From assembly GCF_000315625.1 (NCBI RefSeq), contig NW_005434670.1, positions 82,237-146,236 of the forward strand: a DNA stretch of 64,000 nucleotides. The letters are read 5' to 3'. This DNA comes from Guillardia theta CCMP2712 (taxonomy: Eukaryota; Protista; Cryptophyta). Under the pieces are notes generated by a model. The model was not told the DNA's origin. It ran no database searches and was given only the letters and a program-made list of their open reading frames with translations. Below are positions 24,301 through 38,087 of this stretch, piece by piece (within the stretch, counting starts at the first letter, position 1; each line of letters begins with the position of its first letter). Position numbers and translations under genes: made by a program.

Positions 24301-27300
24301 TCAGAAGACTGATATTCCAATCTCTTGGCTCGCGCTTACCGACTCGTTGAGATTTGCCTACCACCAAGTTAACACTCTCCTCTCTCCTCGTATCCTCACC
24401 GGCCAGTCGTGCTCAGGTTGATACTTCTCAATTCCTTCAACATAGGAGTAGGATACATCCTTGCAGCGCACCTGCACCATCCTTACATTCTCTTTCCAAC
24501 CTCCTCCCCATCTTGTCTTCCTCCCTGCCCCTTTCCTCGCTAATCCCCTGCCTTTCTCCCTCTTCGAATCTCTCCTCTCCTGCCTGATTCCCCTGTCCTT
24601 ACCTCATGGTAGTGAACGTCTTCTGGTTCCACGTAGAGCATCGGCTGCCATGCGAGGCAGAGCACAGCTGCTGCGATGCCGAGCAGGACGTAGGTGACGG
24701 AGACTTCGGATGATGGAGGACAAACGATCTGCGTAGGACACGTTGCCACCACCTGCTATTTGTTAGCCTCCTACTCCATACAATCCTTGCCCTCTCCTTT
24801 ATGCACCCTCCTCTGCTGCGGCTCCCCTTCCCCTTTTGTCGACTCACCGTGTAGAAGAACGGAGCAATGCAGAGGTGGAGGAGAAGCGACAAGGGCGCGA
24901 TGTAGACAGTCGCCACGTTTGCCACCTCGTCGTTGCAGAGTGCAGGCTGAGCACAAGTCAGGAGGGGCGGGGGGGAGAAGGGGAAGCGGGGGAGTGGGTG
25001 AAGAAAAGAAAGCAGCAGGGGGAAGGAGTGGAAGGAGGGGAAGAGGGATGGGTAAGGGATAGGGGAGAGATATGGGGAAGCAGGAGGAGGAGGAGGAGGA
25101 GGAGGAGGAGGAGCTTCATTGAGTGTTGACCTTCTTGTAAAGCCTCAAGACGTTGAATTTGTCAATCCAGAACGTGACGATACACAAGATGGTGATGAGC
25201 CTGTAAAATGAGAGACGTGAGGAAAGAGTAGAGAAGAGGAGGGGAGGGAGGGGAGAGGGAGGGAGGAGAGGAGGGGAGGGAGAGGATATGGTGGTGTGAA
25301 AACATGCGACTGAGCCAGTGGGGATGGTAAGCAGCAATCGTTGATAATCTGATCTCACCAATAGTTGAGGGGCATGGCTGATCCCAAGGCGAGAGCGAGA
25401 GTGAAATGCTTGAGAATCATCTGGAGTACGAGTTGTCACAAGAGTTGAAGACATGAGATGAAGAGATGATGGTGATGATGGCGATGCTGATGATGATTGT
25501 GATAATGATGGTGACGACCATGACTATGACTATGACTATGACTATGACTATGACTACTATGCTGATGAGGAGGAGGATAGGTATCATGAAGCAATTGGAT
25601 TTCTCACCTGATATCTCATGCCAAGTGAAAGTTCTGGCGCCTGACAAAAGAATCATGCCACCTCACACTATGATGAATCATGGATATCATATCAAGAATT
25701 GAGTGTCAACTGAAAACATCTCCTCTCCCTTCCTGTTCTCCCCTCTCCCTTCTTCTCCTCTCCCTTCCTGTTCTGCCCTCTCTCTTCTTCCCCCTTCGCT
25801 CTTCACCACATCATCTCAGTAGCCTCTCATGTCTTCAACCTCATAAACTCTGTTGAGTCGCTTCTGTGTCAAACACTTGGGCCCTTGCATTTTTCTGCAT
25901 CAACAAACTCGTCAGACGTCTCAGTTTCCTCCACTTGCTCAGCACACTAAGACAGCATACACGCTTCCACAACATCCATAACAATCATCATCATCTTGAA
26001 CGTCACAGTCCTCTTCATCATATCACACAGCAGCAGGTGGTGGCGGTGGTGGTGGAGGAGGAGGACAAACTAAGTCTGCACACAACACATACCGGGGCAG
26101 AATGACGTCGAAAGGGCGGAAGAACTCAATCAGGTTCATGAGGACCGCATCTCCGACAATAACTCCGACTGCAAACTCCTTCACTCCTCCTCCCTCAGCA
26201 CATCGATACTTCACCTATCATCGACCCTCCATCAGCAAACCAGTGGGCCCAGTTCGTGACTCCCTGCCATGTCGTCAGCCGCCATGGCGCTCAAGGAACG
26301 AACTTGCTCACACTCTCGTTCCTGCTCGCGTCCCAGAAGACAAGCGCGGCAAGAAGCGTGTTGAGCACCTGCTGGTGTCACAGGAGAATCGCCGACATTC
26401 GAGTGAGACCTGAAATAGCCAGAGTCTCCACATGATATAAACCTGGACGAGAAAGTCAGACGCGAGGTGCGATACTTGTATCGGAGATGGTGTTGGTAGT
26501 GGTGGTGGAGGAGGAGGAGAGGGGGAAGAGGAAGAGGACGTGGAGGAGTGGGAGGGGGAGGGGAAAACGGGGGGGTAGGGAGGAGGAGGAGAAAGGGGGG
26601 GGGGAGGGAGGAAGTGGAGTGGGGCGGGGAGAGGTTGGGGAGAGGTTGAGCAGGAGTGGGGAAGGGGCAAAAGGGGAAGGGGGGAGGAATAGAAGGGAGA
26701 AAGATACTTCTGAGATCGATTCTTACCTCTTGAGTACTCTTGGTGATATGAGATTCTTCCAAACACAGGCGAAAAGGAGTTGAGCAATTGCCAAGGGAAG
26801 GGAAGAAAAGGAAGAAGCGAAGAAATGCGCAAGTCAGTTGATAGGTACCAGCGGGAGAGGAGGCAATTTACCAAGACGTGTAATGACCGGCATCAAAACA
26901 AACATGGCGACGTTGCTCACAATGATGATTATGACCTAATCCACGTTAGAAGCACAGAAATAATCATGAAAGAACAGAAAGATTCAAGTAAATCATGCAG
27001 CAACAAGTCTTGTTGATGGAAACATGAGACAAGTCGTCATCAAGAATCGTTGTTACTAGCATGCACGCTATGGTAGATTCATCATATAATCTTGAACATG
27101 ATCGTTCCTCTGACCGACTTTTGTTTTCTCGTTTTGTAATCACACATCGCACATCGCCACTACCATCCTTGACTGACCGAGAGAAAGTTAAGAAGTCCGG
27201 AGAACCACAACCCTTGTTCGATCGCTGTTGGTAGGAAGAAGTGCTTCCCGTTCACAGCTGCTATCAAACCTGCAGTAGACATTCAGCATTGTCTTGATCT

Positions 27301-29900
27301 ATATAGAACAATGAAACATGTTCTTTGCTATCCTCCATATGATCCTCATCCGACACTTCCAGACACAGCCCACTTCACTCCTCCTCTCCCTCCTCCTCCT
27401 CCTCCTCTTCCTCTTCCTCCTCCTCCTCCTCATCATCATCATCATCATTCAAACTCCTCCTCCTCCTCCTCCTCATTATCAAATCCAATCAACATGAACT
27501 TGAGACCTGTTGCGATGAGGAGGAGGAACAGCGAGAAGACAGAAGTGCTAGCAACACGGAGGGCTCTCATATTTGGCTTGACCTGCTCTCAAAGTCAGAC
27601 CGCTGCCCTCGACTTGTCTACTGTTTGACCTCCAAGTTCTCCCAAAGGATATCGGACGGTTGAGGTGCTATCTTTACCTGCCAGCCTGTCAGTCTCGCAA
27701 GACGTTAACAACATGTCAACTGCAGACTTTGAGGGGGATGGTCTGCCGGAAAAGACTCGTAGTGTGATTCGATTTGCCGAAGAGATTGGAGAAGAAGTTC
27801 TGAAATAACCTCATGATTGGTTCAACGGAAAAGCCTCAGATGCACACAGCGATGAATGGCAACACAAGAAAATGAACAACTTGTCTTGTCGAGAACATGC
27901 CAATTCATCATCTCACCGACTGTTTGTAATCCATCCGGCATCTTCGTGAAGAGCTTTCGAGCTGATGATTCATTCACTCCATCGTATAACTTTGTTCCTC
28001 ACAAAAGCATCTCACCTTGAATGTCACAAACGCCAGACCGCAACATCTCGGGCATCGCTCATGTTCCAGTTGATGTTTACGGATGTCACTCAGCACTGGT
28101 GAAGTCAAACATGTCAATGTAAAATGTCACCGCGATCGATTTCTGCGACTGATTCCATAACACAAGACAACACCACACAAAACTGAATGTTTGAAGGGAA
28201 CTACTGTAAAACAGCACAAGGAGCAATCATATCTCCAGTACAACAAGCAATTTGTCTTCATCTCCATCATCTTTGTCTCTTCATCTTCCTCATCATCGCG
28301 CCCACACCTTCGTCTAGCGTTCTCTGTGCGTTCGTGTGGCCCTCTGAGGCTTCAGGAAACTGAAAGGAAAAAACGTCAAACAGCATGGAGAACGCAAGGG
28401 CATGATTCCTCGAGGGGAGAAGCCAGTTGGATGTCGAACTGCTCCAGATCCTCCTCCGCCTTCTCTTTCACACTCATGAGCTGAGAGCGCTGCAGGGCAA
28501 GAGGTCAGACATGGCATAGTGACATTTGCTCTACCTTGGCGTATCCCTTGTAGCAGAGGTAAACATGCTCGATCTGTCCATATCTGATTTCGAAAGGTTG
28601 AGAATGATAGTTTACGTCAACATCTTGGATGATTCGGTTGTTACCTTCCAAAGTGATCGAGAATCTCTTCTCTCGTCGCATTCTCTGCAGGTAAGGAAGC
28701 GGGTCAACGAGTCTTGAATCTCAACCTTTTGGTGTTTCACCTGGCAAGTTCGAAACGAGGATGCTGTAGTCCGCAGCAGTGATAATCTTCGTCTCGATCT
28801 CTTTCCTCGCAAGGAGCTGTCTTCTCCTAACGTTACTTGTCATGCCTTTGACCTGCAACCATCATCCCCTCGACAGACCTATAGTAGATGAGGAAGAAGA
28901 GAAAAGCGAGAGAGCACAAGAAATCCATGATGCTGTTTGGTGAAGTTAGACACAGATTCAGTACGAGGACGACGTACCTGTGAAGAAGAAGAGGCTGATG
29001 TGGAGGACGGTTGCCCAGTGTGCTAGCAACTAATGTACAGGGTGAACAAGTTCAACAAGATTCGCATCGTCAGGACACCAAGAAGATTCCGCGGGAATCC
29101 GATCTGCTCATCTTTCAGCGCCACTAGTAGGAGGATGACAACCATCACGGAAATCACCTTCTCTGCAGGATCGAAGGCATACGATCCTTGAAAATTGCTT
29201 ATCATCACCTGCGATCATGGGATCAATCTCATCTTCATCTTCCTTTGTCTTCTCACAGGTAGAGTAAGAACAGACATCAGGCCCAAGACCTGACAGCTGC
29301 AGTCGGCAACCACCGTCAACCACAAAGAACAAGCTCACCAAACCAGCGTAGAACACGAAATAGAAGTACAACCCAACTCCTGTTCCCAACTTCCCTAACC
29401 TGCCGGCAAGTCGCAGTCAAACCGAACATCTCAGGGAGCAAGAAGGCAGGAGCAAGTGCAGCACAAGAAACTTCATCATCACCTCGCTAATGGTGTTCCC
29501 AATTCGTAGAGATCTCCCGATTCATCTCGAACCTGGAGGCAACGAGATCATTCAACAGGCAGGCGGTTCGAGTTTCTGTGCTCACCACAGCATCTTTGGC
29601 GTATCTCTCTGCTTGTTTCACATCAAGATTCCTCGTGCCTGTCGGTTTGTTCCAGAATGGCTGCAAGGAGGAATTGTTGTGATGAGTCGAAAGCTCAAGA
29701 CAGCTCTTACCTCTCGTTGTGCGGGAGAAAGCAATGGTGCCGTCTCAGCGACCATCTCTCTCCCTGTGCAAGGTATCAGATAAGACAAACATACCAGACA
29801 CACTTATTTGTTGTTCACCTTCAATGTCTTCAAAGGTCTTGCGAGGCGAAATTCTTGCTTCTGTTCCTAACAAACTGTCACACTCTCCTGACCCTGAAAG
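24301..29900 (-). CDS. Multi-pass membrane protein of the TMC/OSCA(TMEM63)-like channel superfamily; many exons, start uncertain (up to ~30340)
   Basis: Exon peptides LGKLGTGVGLYFYFVFYAGLV, IITAADYSILVSNLP, IVTFWIDKFNVLRLYKK, IAPLSLLLHLCIAPFFYT resemble TMC/OSCA motifs; probable last exon ANLNESVSASQEIGISVF*. Confidence 0.65.
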
Positions 29901-30621
29901 GATACGTCAGGTCGACGCAGCTCATGCATGTGTTGCAGGCAATAATGTGAATGATCGTCCCGCCCGAACTTTCTTTATCATAAACTGTGCCGACGTCTTT
30001 CTACCTATCCTGATAACCGCCAAAGTTGTCTTGCCTCGTTCATCGTTATGCCCTCTTCGTCTCTTTTACTCCTGCTCCACCGCAGCCATCATCTGCCTAC
30101 ATTTCTTCCACTACCACCGCATACACACAGTGTTTGACACATCACTGCCACGATCGCATGCCGGAAATGGCTCTTCATCTCCTTTCACACCCTTTCTCCT
30201 TCAGAATCCTTTCATCTCCCAATCCCGTCCTTCCTCAAATTCCCACCAGCAGTTTACAGGATAAGATTGTACTGAGTATCCGTCTCCTCCTTTCATTCTC
30301 CTCCTCCACCATTGCTCTCTGTTCCATTTTCAGCATATTTGCGCCTTCGGAGAAAAAAGTGTTTTCACTGGAAGTACTTGGTTGACACAATTTTGAAAAC
30401 TTAATCTGAAATTTGAATACTAATAAATAAATTATCAAAATATTTTATCAAGTTTTGAAACTTTCCTGAAAGTTTGCCATTTCATGCATTGTCATCGGAT
30501 AATTTAATTCAAATCCAATACATATTTCAAATATAGCCTGTAAGGTTCAACTAGAGTTCAACATTGTCTGGAGCCAGTGCGGGGATGTGGCCAGGATTTC
30601 AGTCCCTTGCCATGTTCTCAT

Positions 30622-32574
30622 CATGGCATCGAGTTGTTCTTCCTCTTCTCTGACAGCAAATTCCAACAATCAGGGTGAGAACATGGCATTGCCCCCTCTC
30701 CTGTATCCTGACATGTAAGCGCTAAAGGCGGGATGGAAGTCGACGGTTTGATCCGGTGATCGAGATCTTGACTGACCTCTGGCGGCTCTGCCATGTCTGA
30801 CATCGAGGCGTTCAGGCGTGTTGCTGACGTGCTCGAATCCTTCAAGCCTCTCCTGTTGGATCTGAGGAAAGAGGAGCGAGACGTCAATGGCAAGTATGAT
30901 GAAAGCGTGCGAGCATGGAAGGAGACGAAGGAAGCAAAGACGGTATGTGAGACTGAAACATGAGATCGAGCGAGCATGCTGAGCGAGCATGTCGAGTAAT
31001 TCCTTGAACTGACTCCCGTCAACACAACAGGCGGCAGAGGTCAAGAGATTGCTGAGAACGCGGAACATGTACAGGGAAGCGCTGAAAGATGCCATCGACG
31101 CAATGACGGAAGTCCGAGGATTGTTGGACGAAGGGCTCGCAACAAGAAAGGAGGGGGGGGACGCAGAAGCCGTAGGTAAGCCAGACAACGCATGTTTCTT
31201 GGAGCAGTACGGAGCAAAGGCGGATCGAGTGGAGCAACTCCTTGGGGAGTGGAGGGGGAGGATATCGATGCTCGGGGCGAATCTTGATGGGGTACAGGGC
31301 TCGGATGGCAAGGAGAGGAGCAACAAGCTCCAGCACAGTCACAGCACGAGATCGCAGCTGCTGAGGGTCGAGGAGGAAGAGATCCGACGGAGCTGCTCCA
31401 AATCAGCCGGCAAGCAGATATTGGAGGTGAGAGGGAGCGAGTGAGGAGGATGCAAACATGAACGTTTTGTTCCGGCCAACGTCGTGACTCATTCGAACAT
31501 GAAAGCTTTGTTCCTTGCTGCTGTTGTGACTCCGCTGGCAGGTTGTCAGAAGTCTGAGGGAGGTCGAGGGCTCGTTGAGTTTCCATTCCTCGCTGCTCGC
31601 TGCTCAGGAGACGATCGTCAAGGTCGGTACACCCCCGCCCATCCCTTGCTCCTCTGCCGTCGCTCAGATGCCCTGCAGGAGTCCAGCTACACTAAGGATA
31701 ACTTCGCATATGGATCGACTCCTTATCATGTACGACATCTGCACCTTCCATTGACAACCCTCCCTCCCTCCCCTCCCTCCCTCCCTGGCTCCCTCCCTCC
31801 CTGGCTCCCTCCCTTCCCTCCCTTCCCTTCCCTCCCTTCCNNNNNNNNNNNNNNNNNNNNNNNNNNNNNNNNNNNNNNNNNNNNNNNNNNNNNNNNNNNN
31901 NNNNNNNNNNNNNNNNNNNNNNNNNNNNNNNNNNNNNNNNTCCTCCTCCTCCTCCTCCTCCTCTCCTCTCCTCTCCTCTCCTCCTCCTCTCCTCTCCTCT
32001 CCTCTCCTCTCCTCTCCTCTCCTCTCCTCTCCTCTCCTCTCCTCTCCTCTCCTCTCCTCTCCTCTCCTCTCCTGTCCATTTCCAACCTCTCATCTCATCT
32101 ACTCCACTCTTTACTTCCTTCTTCTTCGTGGCTGTTTTCCTCACAGTTGTCTCAGTGTGATGATGTCAAGTCGACGAAGCGTTCCAATCTCTTTGTGGTC
32201 TGGGGAAGTTCGATCGGCTGGTTCGTCTTCTATGCAAACTTGACGTATGGGGTGAGAGGAGGAGAGGAGGAGGGAGAGGAAGGGGGAGGGAGGAGGGAGG
32301 AGGGAGGAGGGAGGAGGGAGAGCAAGCAAGAGTAAGGGAAGGGTTGATCTCTTGAGCTTGTTATCTCACGATCTCCTTCAGATCGTAAGCAGAGGGGTTG
32401 AACTTCTTCCTACCCTGCATGAAATCGCCATGAGAGAGATGGAGAGGAACAAGTTAGCGAATCTCCTCCCGGCCCCTTCAGCTCCACTCTCCTCCTGCCT
32501 CTCCCGCTCCCTCCCCACACTCCTCCTCTCTCCTCGCCCTCCCTGCCTCTCCCTTTCTCCTTGTCTCCCTGTCT

Positions 32575-32618
<44 letters not shown>

Positions 32619-33480
32619 TCGCCCCGCATCCCTCTTCCTAATTTTCCTTCTCCCTGTTTCCTCCCTCTCTCTCCTATTTCTCCTTTCCTTTTCTCCCTCT
32701 TTCTTCCTGATTTCTCCCTGTTCCCTCCCTCTCCCCCCCTCACTTGGTTTCTGCAGTCTCTCTGGCCTGTCCTTCACCTGCGGCGACCTTCTCTTCGACG
32801 AGCTCGCCGACGTCAAGATCCTCCTCCTCACCTCTCAGTGCTGGGACGATACCCTGAGGTCTCCCCATCCTCCTGGGGTCCAGCTGGGGGCTGACGGGGG
32901 TTGTGCGCAGGTCAGCAGTGAGGCGCAAGCTGGAGCAGGAGCTGAGGGAAGGAAGGTAGGAAGAACAGGCAGAGCAGGAGGGGGGGCAAGGAAAGGCTGG
33001 CCGGCGGGCGGGTAGGGAGGAGGAGGAGGAGGAGGAGGAGGAAGGGCAGTTGAAGTTCTGAGTCTAATGGCAGTCTCGTCATCGACTATCAGGCGTCTCT
33101 CGACACAAGTAGCTTCTTCGTCAAGTAGGACAACCGTCGCCACCTCTCCCCCTCCCCTCCGCCGCCGCCCCTTCTCTCGCTCCCCCCTCTCATCCTTCTC
33201 TTGTTCTAGCTCCTCTCTCCGTTGGCCAGTTCCGTCCTTTACCTCCTACATCCTCCTCTCCTTCCCTCTTCTCTCCTTCCTCTCTCCCGTCCCCTACCTG
33301 CCCTCTTGCGCTCTCCTCCCTTCCACACCCCCTGCTCTCTCCCTTTCCTCATCGCCTTACTTGCTCGCCAGGGTCTCTGAGGTACAGGGACAAGTCTCCT
33401 GGAACGACACGCAGAGTTTTCATATCTACCGCAAACAAGCAGCAGCTGGGAGCGTTGCTGACCCCTTAGCTGGGGACTAG
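30622..33480 (+). CDS. Class I SAM-dependent methyltransferase-like protein (DOT1-like fold), multi-exon
   Basis: NFAYGSTPY, VVWGSSIGWFVFYA (motif I-like), RGVELLPTLH (motif II acidic residue), FTCGDLL, VSWNDTQSFHIYRK. Confidence 0.65.
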
Positions 33481-35830
33481 CGCGACGGTCTCTCCTGTTG
33501 ACGGCCTCCTCTCGAAGAAGACTCCACCAGGAGCCCTCCTGCCCTCCTCCTCTCCCGCAAGCTGCGGAGTTCTCCTGCCCAGGTCCACGAAGGCCCCGTT
33601 CTCTAGCTCTCCGTCCTCGTCCTCGGCCAAGACCTGTCGTGTGAGAGGAGAGGAGCGGAGCAGGAGGGAGGAGGGGAGGGAGATCGGAGCAGGAGAGAGG
33701 CAGAAGCAATGTACGAGCAGGAGGAAGGAGGAAGGTTGGAATAAGGATCCAAGGGAGGGAAGGGGAGGGGAGGAGAATATCAATAAACTGAAGGCACCGA
33801 CGGAAGACAAGGTCTCAAAGGAAGAAGATGAGAGTGTGTGGCGACAAGAAGCGGAGGAAACAAGAAGGAGGGGGAAGGGTGTGAGGGTTGAAGCTTGTGC
33901 ATCAGGAAGGAGCAGCAGCAGCAGCAGCAGAACAAGTGTTCACCGCGCGATTCGCAGTCTTGTGGAGGTGAAGGAGCTCCAGGTATTCTTGCTGCTTCTT
34001 CTTCTCCAGTGAGTCCAGGCAGCCTCTGAACTCCTCCCTCCTCCTGTTCGAGGGTCAGGATGCTCGAGGGATCGAGGAGACGAGCAGATAGCGGAGAGGG
34101 AGGGGAGCAGGAGAGATGGAAGGAGCTGAGAAATTCGAGCGCCAGGTATGAAAGGAGGAAGAGGCGGGGGGGGGGGGGGGGTTGGAGAAGTAGATGAGGA
34201 AAGAGAGGGAAGGAGGGGAGGATCACAGGAAGCTGATGGTAGGAGGCTCGAAAATGACGAGGTTGTCGTCCTAGTAGCTGGTGAGGAAAAGCAGAGGAGC
34301 AACAACGAAGGAGGAGGACGAGAACGTGTGGAGACGATTGTCATGGAGGAGCAGGAGATCAGGAACGCACAAACAGTCCAGAAAAAACTTCGGCCGAATA
34401 ATAGTTGCTGGCAGAACTCTGCAGAAATCAGTGAGAGGGAGAAGGACCGATACAGAAAGAAAGTATGAAGGAAGGGGTGGAGGAGGAGGACAAGCGGCAG
34501 GTTAAGGAGGAGGAGGAGGAGGAGGAGGAGGAGGAGGAGCAGCAGCAGCAGAGGAACTGGAACAGGAGCAGGAGGAGGAAGTAAGAGGGGTGGCGAGAGG
34601 AGAAAGCAAAGGAAGCAATCTTGGCCATGGCAAGAAAACAACCGTGATCCTCGAGAAGTCAGCGTGAACAGATCCCAACATGGTAATCTTCATCTGCTCT
34701 CTAGCGTTGCAAACAGCCTGATTCACTCAACAGTAAGAGAGACAAGAATCGGCTTTCAACTTTCACATGAACAATGAACACACATGAAGAGCAGGAGCAG
34801 GAGCAAGAGCAGGAGCAAGAGTAGGAGCAAGAGCAGGAGCAAGAGCAGGAGCAAGAGCAAGAGTGGGAGGAGGAGTGAGGAGCAGCAGGAGCAGGAGCTA
34901 CAACAACGACAAGAGTGGTACAGAACTTGACACCAGCACCATATTTGCACACCTGAGACAGTATCAACCCCTTGGCCAAGGCCTTCCATTTCATCTTCAT
35001 TCTTTCCCTCCCCAAACGAGCTCGCAACTCGATGTCTCTGTTGAAGTTCTGATGAAACTTTCATCTTCACCATGAGCAGAGGAAAACAAACCGATCCTGC
35101 CCTCTCGATCTCCAACCCAAGATCCACTCCGCTCTTGAGGACGAATTTTTCTCTTAGCAACAAGTCAGGAGGCGAGAAAGAGATGAAAACTTGATCTCAT
35201 CGCACAGATCTCGATCGTCTTCAGTCTCGCAAGCAAACTCCAAGTCCCGAGCGCTCAGTCTCTGTGGAAGAGAACTCACTTCAACACCTCCTTTCATCCA
35301 AATGCAACCGTCTTGAAATGGTTCGATCTCCCAGCAAACGATTTGGCCTGACAGGAAGTAAGAAGAGAAAGGAAGTAAGAAGAGGGAGTAAAATATGCAT
35401 CATCATACCTTGTGCGTACCTGCACTCATCAACAGGCTTGTGCTGTCTGAAGCATGCATCAGCAAAACGGCATCTTGAAGCGCAACTAGTCAAATCGACC
35501 TTGGGCCTTCATGACTGGACACGAGACGTTCTGCTTGCTCATACTCAACAGGTTCTTCGGCCGGCCGACATCTTTCGAGCGGGTTTGAGCCATCGGAGCT
35601 CGCCAGAGGTCCTTGTGAGGGGGATCGAGCTTGGAGGGATGAGGCCTCAGATTCTTTGCATGTAAGGTGCTATATCGCCCATTCACATCTACAGCAGCAT
35701 GTTAGTGTTCTAATCCTATTCCTCTTGCCGCAGTCAGATCGACTTTCTTGCTACTCCTGGTCACCTTTTCTCATATTTTCTCCCTACACAGCACATGCTC
35801 TCGACTTCACACATTCAAGAGCAGAGAACG
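33466..35830 (-). CDS. Hypothetical multi-exon protein
   Basis: Minus-strand exon-like segments with splice sites (e.g. QVLAEDEDGELENGAFVDLG, ISAEFCQQLLFGRSFFWTVCAF); no family recognised. Confidence 0.35.
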
Positions 35831-35969
35831 TGTGTCAATCGTTCCACCGCCTGCAGCAGCTAATACTGCATTCTTCACCCTATCCCCATTATCCGCCCCC
35901 TTCCGATCGATGACGGACCGTACACGATTATGAGGCAAAGAGGAGAAGGGGAAGGAGGAGCAGTAGGAG

Positions 35970-36115
35970 GTGAAGGAGCTCAAGGAGCTGAAGGAGCTCA
36001 AGGAGCTCAAGGAGCTCAAGGAGGTGAAGGAGGTGAAGGAGCTCAAGGAGCTGAAGGAGCTGAAGGAGCTCAAGGAGGTGAAGGAGGTGAAGGAGGTGAA
36101 GGAGGTGAAGGAGGA
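35970..36115. repeat. 9-bp minisatellite (GAAGGAGGT / GAAGGAGCT / CAAGGAGCT variants)
   Basis: About 16 consecutive 9-bp units read directly. Confidence 0.9.
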
Positions 36116-36689
36116 GTAAGAGTGCTGTGTGTATCTCCTTCCTTCTGCAAAGATATATCAATGGGGGACCGTTGATATAACAAGGGGGTGGATGAAGCTG
36201 TTGGAGGGGTAAATCGAGTGGAAGGAGGGGGTACTACCATGATGGTGGAGGGGTGGGGTAACAAAATTGATCAACGGGCTGGGGTGATAACGATTATTAA
36301 CATGTGGAGTCCAATTAGATAGGGAAGAGGGTGGGGTAGTGACCGTTTGCATGAACTGAGGGTAAGGGTGGGGTATATTCAGCTCAATTAAAGGGATGGA
36401 TGAAAGAATGGTGGGGTAGCTATTTTAAAGGGGTGAGGCTTGATTTCTTTTTATAACGATGAATGGAGGAGTGGAGAAGCAAGGGAAGGGAAGAGGAGAG
36501 GAGGGGAGAGGATGATCCGTACAGAGACATGCAGAGAAGAAGGGATGAAGGAGGATGTGGGAAGAGGGTACGAGGGAGAAGAATCATGAGAAGGGGGCAA
36601 GAAGGAGGGAAAGGCAGAAGGATAGAGAGACAGAGCAGGGGGGTGTCCAGAAGGATTAAGAAATAGAGTGTATCAAGGCAGGAAAAGAT

Positions 36690-38063
36690 GATCTTATGAG
36701 CATGAGGTTGTTTGGATCAGAAACTCATAGTTGTCGTGCGGACATTGGCATGTTACGTGGTTATGAGGGTTGTGCTAGCAACAACAGCACCCGGCTGATT
36801 CGACTTTCGATATGACCGTGTGGTTTCAACAGATTTTCATGCCACAGTCGAATCAAGATGCAAAAGGTTTGGACAATTGGTCTCCCCCTTTCATGAAATT
36901 GATTCTCTTGCATCAGCGAAGCGGGCGATTCTTCTGCTAAAGAGAACGACGGAGCAACTCACACAAAATGACGACCTGAGGAAAGTCTTGGCTGAGTACA
37001 CGTCGTCAGCATCTGCTGATGCCGACAATGAGGAGGTGTACGTGTGAACCTCGTTTTGGTTGCGTCTGACTTGTTGCTCGTCATGAAAGATGCTTCGGGT
37101 GCACGGCTGTTTCCTAGCAAGTGTTGGTCAAAGAAGTCTTGCCGCCGACAACTTTGAGAAATGTTTGAAACTGCAGCCTAACTCGGAGCATTGTATCATC
37201 TCGTACGCCTGTCTCTTGCTGGCAGGGATCAATCAAGAGGCACGTCTCTCAGAACTAGAAAGAGCGAGCGAGCTTCTGAAGCGAATTACCAAACTCAACC
37301 CCAACCATCCCAAGGCTCTCAAGTTGCTACAGCGAATCTCAGCGCGGTTCTCCGAGAGTGACTTTGCTCTGCTAAGGACTGAGAACGGATACATCAACGT
37401 TCAGGCATGCAGAACGTCCTCTTTCTCTCCCCGTGCTCATCCCTCAACCTTCAGGGTCAGACGCACATCGGAGGCTCTCCGGCCTCTGCGTCCTCCCCTT
37501 CTCCAAAGTCCATGGAGAATGCCAAGTCTCCTGTGAAGGACCAGGAGGTTGCGAGCAGTGCTTGTGTGCTGCTGCAACAGCTGACGACCAGCCTGCAGGA
37601 CAAGAGCGAGATGCTCGCTGACCTGACCAAGTGCCTCAACCGGTATAACAACGATGTGGCCAACATCACACAGCTAGAGCAGCAGAACGTTTTCAGCAAA
37701 GAGGAGGCGCATCAACAGCGGCAGGAGGCGCTGGAGAGGTTCGAGAAGGCAAAGCAGCTCATCATGTCGGGCAAGAAGCTGTCGACGTTTGATGATGATA
37801 ACGAGAAGGCGGTAAAGGGAGCACCTGATGACTCTGACGACGACATGGTGAAGTATCTTCCTGCTTGCTCGTCCCTTGCTGACTGTCCCCACCCCTCAGG
37901 ATGTCAGTCAGCTACGCCGAAACACCAAGAAGAAGTTCTTCTTCTGCGTCCCGATCCCATCCCTCTAGCTGAGAGAAAGTCGAAGGATGTCAAAGAATTA
38001 AATTTCAAGGAAACAGGAGGAGAGGGGAAAGTGCAGAAAGATGACTCATCATGCTGCGTGTGA
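36690..38063 (+). CDS. TPR-like repeat protein, multi-exon
   Basis: AADNFEKCLKLQPNSEHCIISYA and ASELLKRITKLNPNHPKALKLL are TPR-like; ends ...DDSSCCV*. Start uncertain. Confidence 0.6.
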
Positions 38064-38087
38064 GGGAAAACGAGTGTCCGAGACATT

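Noticed and set aside
35930-36175. Collagen gene
   Set aside because: No signal peptide, no Pro, short; explained by a 9-bp minisatellite.
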